Below, in pieces: positions 9,814 through 20,318 of a stretch of DNA of 64,000 bases. Source of the stretch: Chitinivibrionales bacterium (GTDB lineage: Bacteria > Fibrobacterota > Chitinivibrionia > Chitinivibrionales > WJKA01); contig JBBRUX010000023.1 in NCBI GenBank assembly GCA_038247415.1, positions 1 through 64,000 on the forward strand, read 5' to 3'. Positions within the stretch are counted from its first letter, which is position 1. Each line of letters opens with the position of its first letter. A program made the translations under genes and the position numbers. The notes under the pieces are model-generated. The model saw only the letters and a list, made by a program, of their open reading frames with translations. It was not told the DNA's origin and ran no database searches.

Positions 9814-11430
9814 ATGAAAGCATCCGATCTTAATATCGCCGAACTCGTACAATTTTCTCCTGGCTTTGTGGGCTTGCAGGGAAGAAGGCTTCTACTCCAC
9901 GACCTTTCATCGCTGGGGCAATTCCGTCGTGATCTTATTGAAACCGTGGGCGAAGAAATGGCTCGACGGATTCTTACCCGTAAAGGTCTTTTTTGGGGGC
10001 AGGCAGATTGCGCGGCAATGCAGCGACTCTTTACATGGGATAGCAAAGAAGAGCTCGTTAGAGCGGTTACCGAACTTGCCAAGATCATGGGAATGGCGTA
10101 TGCCGAAACAAAAAGCCTTGTGCTGAAAGAAGGAGCGGGAGCATTTTCCATGAAAATTGTCTGCGCAGATTCTTCGGAAGTCGAGCAACATCGTAATGAA
10201 TCGGGAAAAGCGCTCAACTCTGTGTGCTGGGTCATGGCCGGGTATCTGAGTGGGTACGCCTCTTATTGCCTCGGAAAAAACATTTACTTTTCGGAAATAC
10301 AATGTCAGGGTACCGAGGCTTCCAACTGCGTATTTATCGGCAAAGATATCGACTCGTGGGGAAACGAGTTTGATACTGATCTCCCGTTTTTTCGCGCGGC
10401 AGATATTCAGGAGAAAGTGCAACAATTAACCTTGCGCATTCGCGAACAGCAACGGACGCTCACGTTACACCGCAAGCAGATTTCGGCAGTGCGTTCATCG
10501 GGAAGTTTGGGTGGTGTTGAGGTACGCAGTAAAGCATTCCGCAATGTGCTAGATCTTGCCGATCGTGTTTCCGCCTTTGATACCACCATTCTGATAACCG
10601 GCGAAACAGGTACTGGAAAAGAAGTCCTGGCACGATATATTCACTCGTGCTCTCCCCGCAAAGAACATCCATTTCTCGCTGTTAATTGCTCGGCTCTCCC
10701 TGAAGCTCTTTTAGAAAATGAATTATTCGGCCATAAAGCTGGTGCATTTACAGGTGCACATAATAATGAGGTAGGGCTCTTTGAAGCAGCTCAAAAAGGA
10801 ACTATATTTCTTGACGAAATAGGCGACATTTCCCCTCCGATTCAAGCAAAACTACTGCGAGTTCTTCAATCAAAAGAGATCCGACCCGTTGGTGAAACAC
10901 GTTCGCAACATATCGATGTCAGAGTGATTTCAGCAACAAACCGAAACTTGGAAAAGCTTGCTGCTGAGGGCATATTTCGCGAAGATTTGCTCTATCGATT
11001 GCGTGTACTGCAAATTATAGTCCCTCCTTTACGTAGTAGAACCGAAGATATTTTACCCCTTGCCCGCTTTTTTCTTGATCTCTTGCGTAAAAAGTATAAA
11101 TTTAAAGAGCTTCGCATTGCACCAGATACTGTCGATTTACTGCTTAATTATCCATGGCCCGGGAATGTCCGGGAACTGGAAAATGCACTTGAACACGCCG
11201 CTGTATTGTGTTCCGATGGCATTATTTCGTCAGCAGTCCTACCTGCCACAGTCACCGGAAGAATTACTCACAATATGTCTAGTAGTGGAAAAACATTATC
11301 GCTGGATGAAATTGAATTTCAGCATATCAATTCTGTGCTTAATTTGACATCAGGGAATAGATCCGAGGCAGCCAAGATTCTAAAAATCAGTGAATCTACG
11401 CTTTACCGGCGCATACGCGAGTTGAAGTAG
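9814..11430 (+). CDS. XylR/DmpR-type sigma-54-dependent activator (XylR_N + V4R + AAA+ + HTH)
   Basis: GRRLLL N-terminal region, V4R Cys motifs (VCW...GYLSGYAS...EIQC...C), Walker A GETGTGKE, GAFTGA, FLDEIG, WPGNVREL, and a C-terminal Fis-type HTH. Confidence 0.92.
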   Translation: MKASDLNIAELVQFSPGFVGLQGRRLLLHDLSSLGQFRRDLIETVGEEMARRILTRKGLFWGQADCAAMQRLFTWDSKEELVRAVTELAKIMGMAYAETKSLVLKEGAGAFSMKIVCADSSEVEQHRNESGKALNSVCWVMAGYLSGYASYCLGKNIYFSEIQCQGTEASNCVFIGKDIDSWGNEFDTDLPFFRAADIQEKVQQLTLRIREQQRTLTLHRKQISAVRSSGSLGGVEVRSKAFRNVLDLADRVSAFDTTILITGETGTGKEVLARYIHSCSPRKEHPFLAVNCSALPEALLENELFGHKAGAFTGAHNNEVGLFEAAQKGTIFLDEIGDISPPIQAKLLRVLQSKEIRPVGETRSQHIDVRVISATNRNLEKLAAEGIFREDLLYRLRVLQIIVPPLRSRTEDILPLARFFLDLLRKKYKFKELRIAPDTVDLLLNYPWPGNVRELENALEHAAVLCSDGIISSAVLPATVTGRITHNMSSSGKTLSLDEIEFQHINSVLNLTSGNRSEAAKILKISESTLYRRIRELK

Positions 11431-11503
11431 CAATGCGGGAAGCATTTAATACCGCCCAACGGTCCTCCGACAAACACCTTCCAAGCTAACGTGAAACTAC
11501 TAA

Positions 11504-12673
11504 AAGGAAGCTATCGACATGGCATGCGATCGCAACCCGAAAGTTCTTCAATATCAAGAAAAATTTCATGAACGTGAATGGGAAATGCGCGCAACATTCG
11601 GTAATTTTCTGCCAACTGCAACTGCAAGCTTAGGCTACACAGCAATGAATGATCCGCTTGTTATGAATCTTGACCCCATACGAGACGCAATGCTGCGCAT
11701 GCAGACACTCACGTATACGAAAATGGCTGTAGATTCCTTTGTGCGGGCACATGGATTAACGCCAACATCCCCTGCTATTGCAGGATTTGCTGAATCGTAT
11801 CAAAAAGGAACGCAGACTGCCCTCGATGCTGCTCTACCCCATTTTATCGATACGCTCAAAGAAAAGAATTATCCCAGCGCCCAATTGACACTTACGCAAC
11901 CTATTTTCATGGGTGGACGGATATGTGCTGCACATCGAGCCGCCCACGATGAATATCAGAGCGCCTTGGCTGAGTTACGCCAGACTACCAATGTAATTCT
12001 CCAAGAAACGTTCTCAAACTATATTTCTCTCGCATTAATCAACAAAGTTGTTGAAGTGCGAAGCAATGTACTCACGAGTATGCGTCGGCATGAAAAAGAT
12101 GCGACAGAGCTTTATGAAAATGGCATTATAGCAAAATCTGCTCTGTTGCGCGCAAAGGTAGCAGTAGCCGAGGCAGAACAAGCATTTTCAAATGATACCA
12201 ATAAGCGTTATCTTGCCCGATTAGCGCTTGCAAAATCGCTCAATTTGCCAGACACAATTCTCCCGGAAACGTCGGATACACTCTGTTTGCAATCGATTAA
12301 AGAAACTATTAAAAGCCTTATTAATAGGGCCGACAGCAGTCAACCACTGCTTGCAATTCTCAATGCAAAATCCGATGCAGCTAAAGCAAAAGTAATTGCT
12401 GAACGTGCTTTATTTTTGCCCAAAGCAGCGCTCTTTGGCAAGCTCGAATTATTCCCCGACCACCTCTCTGCCTTGGAACCTACCTGGGCAGCCGGGATTA
12501 CCGTAAGCATAGACTTATTTACGGGAGGAAAAAACATATCACGGGTGCAAACAGCCAAACATCTTGTAAATGAAATATATTTCCTGACAGAGGCTACAAA
12601 AGCAGATATTCATTTACTTATTCAAAAAACATGGTTAGAGTGCCAGAACGCCACAGATCATGCCTGCAATTGA
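11504..12673 (+). pseudogene. TolC-family outer membrane efflux protein, truncated at both ends
   Basis: OEP motifs (KEAIDMA..NP, FLPTA, LTQPIFMGG, FLPK, IDLFTGG). In-frame TAA at 11501 just before KEAIDM, so no signal peptide. The frame ends before the last helices of the second OEP repeat. Confidence 0.7.
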
Positions 12674-13433
12674 TGCTGCAAAAGGATTGAGTGAATCGAT
12701 TTCCGCTTTAACCCAAGATCAATTAATACAGGTATTCCAGTCTCAGGGAATTTCCCGTAAACAAGCTCAACAATGGGCACAACCTCTCAAACTCAGATCC
12801 GAAGCCCTTGCTAATAGTCTGGATTGCTATGGCGATTTCATTATCCCCGCGCTTCTTATGCTCATTTTGCAACAGAGCCTTTTTGGGGGTAGTGCTGCTG
12901 CATCTGCGGGTTTCGGCTCTAAATTTCATACCTGTGGATCAACACGTACCGCCTGTGCCGTGATACTCGGCAGGGGAATCCCCTATTTCATTTTGTATGC
13001 TGGCTATGCGCTAGCCTTTTTCTTTATTCATTACAGGATTTGGCATATTCCCTTTTCTGGAAGTATTCTTATTTTGACAACTTTTGTAGGCCTTCATGTG
13101 CTGGTTGTCATCTTAAGCGGTTTTATTCTTGGAACATTTTTTAAATCGAGACTCTGTGCGCTTCTGATTGCTTTGTTCAGTTCATATCCACTTTTTCTTT
13201 TATCCGGCATAGCATGGCCGCCATCTTCGATGCCTCTGTACCTACAGGTTATTCGATTATTATTTCCGTCAACCTATTTTTTTAATAGTGCACTCCTGAT
13301 TTCACGAATGCAGGCAACATGGAGTGATGAATACCGTGCCTTCGCTGCCCTCCTTATAATGGCTTGTGTCCTTTTTGCAGCTCTTGTAGTACGATTGCGC
13401 TTGCAGAGTTTACGCCATTGGCGCATATTGTAA
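12660..13433 (+). pseudogene. ABC-2 type transporter permease (YhhJ/YbhS-like), C-terminal part only
   Basis: YGDFIIPALLMLILQQ and FLLSGIAWP..SMP motifs. The first TM helix and most of the periplasmic domain are missing, and no adaptor or ATPase is adjacent. Confidence 0.65.
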
Positions 13434-13491
13434 TTGTGGAAATAATAGCGATTCTTCCCGATATAGTATCTCAATTGCAATCTCTTGAGTT

Positions 13492-15069
13492 TTATTTCAT
13501 GTAAGTAAACAAAGTATCCCTATTGAGGATTCCCTGTGGATCAAATTGCTTTTTAAGAGAACGCATTTCGTTTATATGTTCTGAACCATACATAATTTCT
13601 AAAAACGCCGCTTTGCTTTTGCCAATACCATGCTCTGCCGAGACGGTACCCCCCCACCCTACAATAGTTTTGGCCCATTCCAGATAAAGCTTTTTGCCCT
13701 TACCAAGTTCTTCTTCGGTTGCAGGAAGGATATTAACATGTAAATGATTATTACCAATATGGCCAAAAATTACCGCTTCTAAGTTTTCTTTGATAATACC
13801 ACTATTGTAAAGCTCCATCACATCGCGTAGCCGATCATCGGGTACGGCCATGTCGGTTCCTAGTTTAACAATATCAGGGTGTGTTTGCCGTCGTTGATCG
13901 ATGGTCAGATTTACTGCTTCTGGAATTGAATGCCGGAAATATTTGAGCTGTAAAAGCTCTGCATGCGTTGTGGCTCCCCAGCTCAAATCATCTGATCCAC
14001 CACAAGCCAGCATACTCTGGGATGCGAATTCGATCTGGTTCATGACGTCATCTTCGGAATTACCATGAAACTCAAAATAAACAGCGGTATGAAACGTTGA
14101 ATCGATAGCTGGAATCGCATCAAATGCGACATTTGATTTCTTTTGATTGCGCAAAAAATCGAGGGCCGCTTTATTAAAGAACTCGATGGAAACGGGCTTA
14201 GTTTCTTGGTTTTTAAGAAGCTTTACAAGATCGATTGCAGCACTTTCGGAAGGCATAAAAGCTACCAGTGCCATGATATGTTTGGGCAAGGGAAGCAGTC
14301 CAATATCAATAGATGTAATAATCCCCAGAGTGCCTTCCATACCAATAAATACATCTATGAGGTCTATGGTATCGGCACTACGATAGCCTGCAACACATTT
14401 ACCTGACGGGATATCGTACGACGGTAGCACCCCTTCGATTTTTCTACCCGATTCGGTAGTAAGTAAAAATGTTCTTTCGTTTGCAAAGTTCTCGCCGCGA
14501 TTAAGCACAAGCATTTCACCATCAGCCAAGCACACCCGCAATCCGTAGATATGATGTGCGGTAGGGCCGTATCGATACGATCGAGCGCCCGATGCATTGC
14601 AGGCAACCATTCCGCCAAGTGTTGCTGTTGTTTCTGTAGGATCGGGAGGAAAAAAAAGAGAGCCTGCTTGTTTGAATTGATCAAGAACCAAAAGTGATGC
14701 AGCACTCCATTGCGTTACATCGAATGCGGTTCTGTTAATCTGACCAATAAGATCTGATAAGCGGACTCCCGGCATAACCGAGAGAATAAATTTTGACGAT
14801 AGCTTATCGAAGCGTAAACCGGTTATCCGATTCATTTTCGATAGATTACAGATTGTTCCACCATACGGAACAGCGCCAGCAGTAATCCCTGTGCGAGCGC
14901 CCTGAATGGTTATCGGTATTTGTTGCGCAGAGCATTCGCCTGCAAGAGCACGAACATCTTCTTCACACAAAGGAAAAGCAATACCCTGTGCGTGGCCACT
15001 ACGGCGCGACTCGTCTCGCAGATAGTCTGCAAATGAAGGATCAAACGTTAAGATGCTTCCAGTTTTCAT
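13492..15069 (-). CDS. FAD-linked oxidoreductase, GlcD/D-lactate dehydrogenase family
   Basis: QGARTGITAGAVP, FPPDP, TLGGMVACNASG, GMEGTLG, GHIGNNHLH and SAEHGIGK motifs. Confidence 0.85.
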   Translation of the reverse strand: MKTGSILTFDPSFADYLRDESRRSGHAQGIAFPLCEEDVRALAGECSAQQIPITIQGARTGITAGAVPYGGTICNLSKMNRITGLRFDKLSSKFILSVMPGVRLSDLIGQINRTAFDVTQWSAASLLVLDQFKQAGSLFFPPDPTETTATLGGMVACNASGARSYRYGPTAHHIYGLRVCLADGEMLVLNRGENFANERTFLLTTESGRKIEGVLPSYDIPSGKCVAGYRSADTIDLIDVFIGMEGTLGIITSIDIGLLPLPKHIMALVAFMPSESAAIDLVKLLKNQETKPVSIEFFNKAALDFLRNQKKSNVAFDAIPAIDSTFHTAVYFEFHGNSEDDVMNQIEFASQSMLACGGSDDLSWGATTHAELLQLKYFRHSIPEAVNLTIDQRRQTHPDIVKLGTDMAVPDDRLRDVMELYNSGIIKENLEAVIFGHIGNNHLHVNILPATEEELGKGKKLYLEWAKTIVGWGGTVSAEHGIGKSKAAFLEIMYGSEHINEMRSLKKQFDPQGILNRDTLFTYMK

Positions 15070-15124
15070 ATAAAACCCTCACGTTGTAATGCGCGAACTA
15101 ATAAATGCGGTGTTTTTGAATATG

Positions 15125-16015
15125 TTACCGATAATCCCGATTCTTGCTGCGTACTTCCTGCCGTATGCGATGATACGATTCCAAGCGCCACCATGAAATG
15201 TTCCCCGATTCAACTTCTGCCTTAACATGACAACCGATTTCTGTATCGTGAGTGCAATTATTAAAGCGACACATGCCCACCACGCGGGCAATATCCGGAA
15301 AACATGCAGTAACAGAATCTTCGGTAATATCTGGAATGTCAAGGGCAGAAAATCCAGGTGTATCGGCAATAAAACCATTATCTCCAATGGGAACAAGCAC
15401 CGAAGAAGTTGTGGTATGCACTCCTCGCTGTGTCCCCCGTGAGACTTCTTGAGTCCTGAATGTCAAATGCGGCAAGAGCCTGTTAAGTATTGTAGATTTC
15501 CCAGCGCCCGAAACTCCCGAAAATGCCGTGATGCTATTATGACACAAAGAGAGAATCCTCTGAGTCCCTGGAATATCTTTGTTTCCGGTTACCACAACTT
15601 CATAGCCAAGCGATTGGTAATAGCTGGCAAACGACCCGATCTCGATTTTTTCCTCGTCTGTTAACAAATCCGATTTATTTAAGAGAATAACCGATTGGAT
15701 ATTATTGGCTTCTGCCGCACAGAGACATCTATCGAGCATGATAATATCGAGCGGGGGCTGTTTACATGTCGCAACAATCATGAGTCGGTCGAGATTTGCT
15801 ATAGCAGGGCGATATAAAAGAGTTTTTCGCTTTAGAATTTTTTCTATGACAAAAGTGCCATCCTTATTGTCGGTAACATCCACACGATCGCCCACATACG
15901 GACGATCTTTTCGGTGAATCAAGCCTCGTAGCGAAGCTTCAATGATGGTCTCGCTAAGCGCCACGCGGCATACTTTATTCCCCAGCTCAACAATTTGTCC
16001 CTTTAGTATCTCCAC
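15125..16015 (-). CDS. rsgA: Ribosome small subunit-dependent GTPase A
   Basis: VGDRV, NKSDL, GVSGAGKS, GVHTTT, DTPG and zinc finger CRFNNCTH..E.GC. Confidence 0.95.
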   Translation of the reverse strand: MEILKGQIVELGNKVCRVALSETIIEASLRGLIHRKDRPYVGDRVDVTDNKDGTFVIEKILKRKTLLYRPAIANLDRLMIVATCKQPPLDIIMLDRCLCAAEANNIQSVILLNKSDLLTDEEKIEIGSFASYYQSLGYEVVVTGNKDIPGTQRILSLCHNSITAFSGVSGAGKSTILNRLLPHLTFRTQEVSRGTQRGVHTTTSSVLVPIGDNGFIADTPGFSALDIPDITEDSVTACFPDIARVVGMCRFNNCTHDTEIGCHVKAEVESGNISWWRLESYHRIRQEVRSKNRDYR

Positions 16016-16107
16016 AAATAATCCGCCCTACCATTAAAATGAATAGCCAAAACTATTTTACCTATAAATAGTTCTGATAGAAAATAATCCACCTCCGGAG
16101 TTCATAC

Positions 16108-17283
16108 ATGAAATATCTCTATATCGATGCACATAATGGGGCGAGTGGCGACATGCTTCTTGCTGCGATTATATCCTGCGGTGCTGATTTGGCATATATT
16201 CAACAAAAACTTTCATTTCCTGATATCCCCGATTTGCGCATTGATATTGCTTTAAAAAATCGAGGCGGTATGGCTTGTAGTCATCTTATCGTCGATTTCC
16301 CTGCTCAAACAGAGTATCGGTATATTCAGCAGATCACGTCCATTATCCGTAAGAGCACTCTCTCGGAGAGTGTAATTGCCATGAGCGAAAAAATTCTAAC
16401 CCGTTTAGGGCTTGCCGAAGCGCATGTTCACGGGGTATCTCTTGACGAGGTTCATTTCCACGAGATTGGCGCAGTAGATACCATTGTTGACATAGTTGGA
16501 TTCTGTAGTGGACTTGAGTATCTCAACATCGACACCGTGCTTTTTTCCCCCGTTGCGGTAGGGAGCGGACTTATGAAAACTGCGCATGGCGTTATGTCTA
16601 TCCCGGCTCCCGCGACAGCAGAATTACTCAAAGGATTCACTATAACAAGCGGCCCTGTGAGAGCAGAGCTGCTCACACCAACGGGGGCAGCCATTCTTTC
16701 GACCTTAGGAACACAATCGCTTTGCTTGCCTGAAGGAACGCTTGTGAGCACGGGAGTCTCATGCGGTACAAAAATATTTAAGAATCACACAAACACGCTG
16801 CGAGCTTATGTTATAGATAGCCAGCCTCAAAAGAACCCCTTATTTGTAAATGATGATGTTATTGAAATCGAAACCGATATCGATCACATTAGTGGCGAAG
16901 TCTTGGCGTTTGCTGCAGAAATTTTGCTCGAAGAAGGAGCCCTCGATGTGTCGTATACCCCTACCCTTATGAAAAAGGGACGCCCTGCATACCATTTAAA
17001 AGTTTTGTGCGCTGTACCCGATACGTCTCGCATTGCAGGGATCATAATGGCACAAACTCGCACATTAGGCGTTCGATTTATTCAGAAAAGTCGCATCATT
17101 GCTATGCGCGAAGAATCCGAAACAGTGTGGAATAATGATACAATTCAAACAAAATCATGCAACTTTGGCGCAATTAAATTTACAAAACCAGAATACGAAT
17201 CGCTGGCGCGCATTGCCCGGGCAACCAAAACCCCACTTATAGAAATTATGGAAGCTTATGCCGGTAGAAATCCAAGCACCTAA
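16108..17283 (+). CDS. larC: Nickel pincer cofactor biosynthesis protein LarC (nickel insertase)
   Basis: GASGDMLL, AEAHVHG, VHFHEIGAVDTIVDIVG, PAPAT, TPTGAA, MKKGRP and TLGVR motifs. Confidence 0.9.
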   Translation: MKYLYIDAHNGASGDMLLAAIISCGADLAYIQQKLSFPDIPDLRIDIALKNRGGMACSHLIVDFPAQTEYRYIQQITSIIRKSTLSESVIAMSEKILTRLGLAEAHVHGVSLDEVHFHEIGAVDTIVDIVGFCSGLEYLNIDTVLFSPVAVGSGLMKTAHGVMSIPAPATAELLKGFTITSGPVRAELLTPTGAAILSTLGTQSLCLPEGTLVSTGVSCGTKIFKNHTNTLRAYVIDSQPQKNPLFVNDDVIEIETDIDHISGEVLAFAAEILLEEGALDVSYTPTLMKKGRPAYHLKVLCAVPDTSRIAGIIMAQTRTLGVRFIQKSRIIAMREESETVWNNDTIQTKSCNFGAIKFTKPEYESLARIARATKTPLIEIMEAYAGRNPST

Positions 17284-17392
17284 TTTTGCTCTTTTTCATA
17301 GAACTTTAATTACAAATAACCTATTTTGCTAAACTGCTTAAAATCATGAAATTCTGTTCTCGTTATTTTTTTCTTTAACTTAGTGTGGAGGG

Positions 17393-18556
17393 ATGATGAA
17401 ATACCTGTTTACTTCCGAAAGCGTATCACAAGGGCACCCCGATAAGGTTGCAGATCAAATATCAGATGCAGTCCTTGACGCAATGCTTGCTCAAGATCCT
17501 CAATCTCGCGTTGCTTGCGAAACTCTTGTAACAACAGGTCTTGTTGTTATATCCGGCGAAGTAACAAGCAATGCTGTTGTTGACATTGCTGCAATAGCTC
17601 GCAAAACAATTAAAGAAATTGGTTATAACCATGCCGATCTTGGCTTCGAAGCCAATAGCTGCGCTGTTATGGTAACCCTCGATAAACAGTCTCCCGATAT
17701 TTCTCAGGGCGTAACCGCCGGTCAGGGCCTTTATAAAGAACAAGGTGCCGGAGACCAGGGAATGATGTTTGGATATGCATGCGATGAAACAAAAACTTTC
17801 ATGCCTTTATCAATTCACTTGGCACACAGATTAGTAGAAGCGCTTACCGATGCTCGCGACAAAGGAACCATCAAGTACCTTCGTCCCGACGCAAAGTCTC
17901 AGGTAACCATCGAATATGAAAACGACAAGCCAAAGCGTGTTGACACAGTCGTTATATCAACACAGCATGCTCCCGAAGCAAAACACGAGACTATTAAAAA
18001 AGACATGATCGAAAAGATCATCAAAAAAGTTATTCCCGCTAAATATCTCGACAAAGATACCAAATATCATATCAATCCAACTGGTCGCTTTGTAATTGGC
18101 GGACCTCATGGCGATTGCGGTCTTACTGGTCGTAAAATTATTGTGGATACCTACGGCGGACATGGCGCACACGGTGGTGGTGCATTCTCCGGTAAAGATC
18201 CTTCAAAGGTTGACCGTAGCGCAGCATATGCATCTCGTTGGATTGCTAAAAATGTGGTTGCTGCAGGTCTTGCAACAAAATGCCTTGTTCAGGTTGCTTA
18301 TGCTATTGGCGTGGCAAAACCTGTTTCTGTCTTTGTAGACAGCAAAGGCACTGGTATTGTAGATGATGGCAAACTTGGAGAAATCATCAATAAGGTTTTT
18401 GATTTAAGCCCCTCAGCGATTATCAAACACCTCGACCTCAAGCGCCCTATCTATCGGGAAACTGCCCGTAATGGTCACTTTGGTCGTGAATTGCCTAATT
18501 TTACGTGGGAAAAGCTCGATATGGTTGAAAAACTCAAAAAAGCTGCTAAAAAGTAA
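17393..18556 (+). CDS. metK: S-adenosylmethionine synthetase
   Basis: [19 protein letters not shown] and [16 protein letters not shown]. Confidence 0.98.
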   Translation: MMKYLFTSESVSQGHPDKVADQISDAVLDAMLAQDPQSRVACETLVTTGLVVISGEVTSNAVVDIAAIARKTIKEIGYNHADLGFEANSCAVMVTLDKQSPDISQGVTAGQGLYKEQGAGDQGMMFGYACDETKTFMPLSIHLAHRLVEALTDARDKGTIKYLRPDAKSQVTIEYENDKPKRVDTVVISTQHAPEAKHETIKKDMIEKIIKKVIPAKYLDKDTKYHINPTGRFVIGGPHGDCGLTGRKIIVDTYGGHGAHGGGAFSGKDPSKVDRSAAYASRWIAKNVVAAGLATKCLVQVAYAIGVAKPVSVFVDSKGTGIVDDGKLGEIINKVFDLSPSAIIKHLDLKRPIYRETARNGHFGRELPNFTWEKLDMVEKLKKAAKK

Positions 18557-18584
18557 AAATTTGCTTTCTTAAGTTTCGTTTTTC

Positions 18585-18619
18585 AAGGCATATTTTCTTA
18601 GGAAAATATGCCTTTTTTT
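18585..18619 (+). terminator. Rho-independent terminator after metK
   Basis: Stem aaggcatattttc/gaaaatatgcctt followed by a T-run. Confidence 0.8.
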
Positions 18620-18685
18620 ATGGCATCCCACCGATTATTTTATATGCCATCAAAATCTTTGAGCCTTATTAAACAGGAGAATTCC

Positions 18686-20179
18686 ATGATTGCGCAAAAC
18701 AATTTGCCCACCGTTAAAATTGGTATCGTTGGTGTATCTCGTGACTGCTTCCCTATGGAACTTACTGTCAATAGGCTCAGAGCCCTTACTGCTGCGTGCA
18801 CCTCGAAAAATGTAATGATTGTTCCTTTGCCCACAATCATCGAAAACGAATCTCACACCATGCAAGCTCTTGCAGATGCAGAAAAGCTTGGTGTTAATGC
18901 CATGGTCATTTATCTTGGCAATTTTGGACCAGAAGGCCCTACTACTATATTTGTTGACAAGTTCAAAGGCCCTTGCATGCTTATAGGTGCAGCAGAAGAA
19001 CGCGCCGATGGCCTGGTGGGTTCCCGGGGTGATGCCTACTGCGGAATGCTTAACGCATCGTATAACCTTGGTTTACGAAACCTCAATGCCTATATTCCCG
19101 AAACTCCTATTGGCATGGCAGATGAATTAGTCAATCATATTAGCCATTTTTCTAAACTAGCACGCCTGATACTCGGCATTAAAAACCTTAAGATTTTTTC
19201 GTTTGGTCCTCGGCCCCACGATTTTTATGCGTGCAATGCGCCCATTAAGCCCCTGTATGACCTTGGAATTGAAGTCATGGAAAACAGTGAACTCGACCTC
19301 TTTGATATATTTAGAAGTTCGGCAAACGATTCACGCATCGAAGGTATAGCCAAAGACATGGCCAATGAACTGGGACATGGCAACACCTACCCCGACCTCC
19401 TTAAAAAGATGGCTCAATTTGAAATAGCCCTCGTATCATTCATGGAAAAGAATCTTGGCAGCAGATCTTTTGGAGTTTTTGCCAATAAATGCTGGCCAGC
19501 ATTCGAGAAGTTTTTTGGATTTGTACCTTGCTATGTCAATTCACGGCTTGCCACACGAGGAATCCCCGTTGCCTGCGAAGTTGATATGTATGGCGTTCTC
19601 TCCGAATATCTTTGCACTTTGGCAACTGATATGCCGGCTACAATTCTTGACATAAACAATACTGTTCCTAAAGATATGATCACCCCTCAAACAAATCTGA
19701 TGGGTGCAACTATTCAAGATTTATTTATGGGATTTCATTGCGGGAATACTAGTTCCTCCTGCATGAAAAATTTTGCCATTAAATATCAGCTTATTATGAA
19801 TAGACTCATGGAAGATCCTACAAAGCAACCCGATATTACCCGTGGCACACTCGAAGGACAAATCAGACCCGGCGCCACAACCATTTTTAGGTTACAAGGA
19901 ACGGCACATGGATCGCTGGCTTCCTATATTGCTCAGGGAAATATTCTTGATATAGACCCTCGTAGTTTTGGTTCAATAGCTGTTTTTGCAGTGCCAAACT
20001 TCAGCAGATTCTACCGGCACACTCTTATTGCTCAAAAATTTCCACATCATTGCGCAATAGCTTTTGATACGTGTGGGAAGCTCTTGTTTGATACCATGAA
20101 TTACCTGGGGATTAAAAGTATCGCAACTCCCCTACCTCCATCACAATTATATCCAAACGAAAATCCCTTCGGGTTTTAA
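18686..20179 (+). CDS. L-fucose/L-arabinose isomerase family protein
   Basis: VSRDCFP, GNFGPE, RGDAYCG, NKCWP, ACEVD, FHCGN and PHH motifs. Start follows an AGGAG RBS. Confidence 0.8.
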   Translation: MIAQNNLPTVKIGIVGVSRDCFPMELTVNRLRALTAACTSKNVMIVPLPTIIENESHTMQALADAEKLGVNAMVIYLGNFGPEGPTTIFVDKFKGPCMLIGAAEERADGLVGSRGDAYCGMLNASYNLGLRNLNAYIPETPIGMADELVNHISHFSKLARLILGIKNLKIFSFGPRPHDFYACNAPIKPLYDLGIEVMENSELDLFDIFRSSANDSRIEGIAKDMANELGHGNTYPDLLKKMAQFEIALVSFMEKNLGSRSFGVFANKCWPAFEKFFGFVPCYVNSRLATRGIPVACEVDMYGVLSEYLCTLATDMPATILDINNTVPKDMITPQTNLMGATIQDLFMGFHCGNTSSSCMKNFAIKYQLIMNRLMEDPTKQPDITRGTLEGQIRPGATTIFRLQGTAHGSLASYIAQGNILDIDPRSFGSIAVFAVPNFSRFYRHTLIAQKFPHHCAIAFDTCGKLLFDTMNYLGIKSIATPLPPSQLYPNENPFGF

Positions 20180-20318
20180 TCGTATTCTTAACAAGAAGAC
20201 TTACCGTGTGCCATCGGAACGATTTTTTAATCGATTGTCTATGGCGCAATATTATTTTATTGCTAGACTTGTAAAGACGCTATGATTTTCCTCCTTACAT
20301 AACGAATGTCTACGTTTT

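Noticed and set aside
17283..17393. SAM riboswitch upstream of metK
   Set aside because: The leader is short and AT-rich, with no SAM-I/II consensus.
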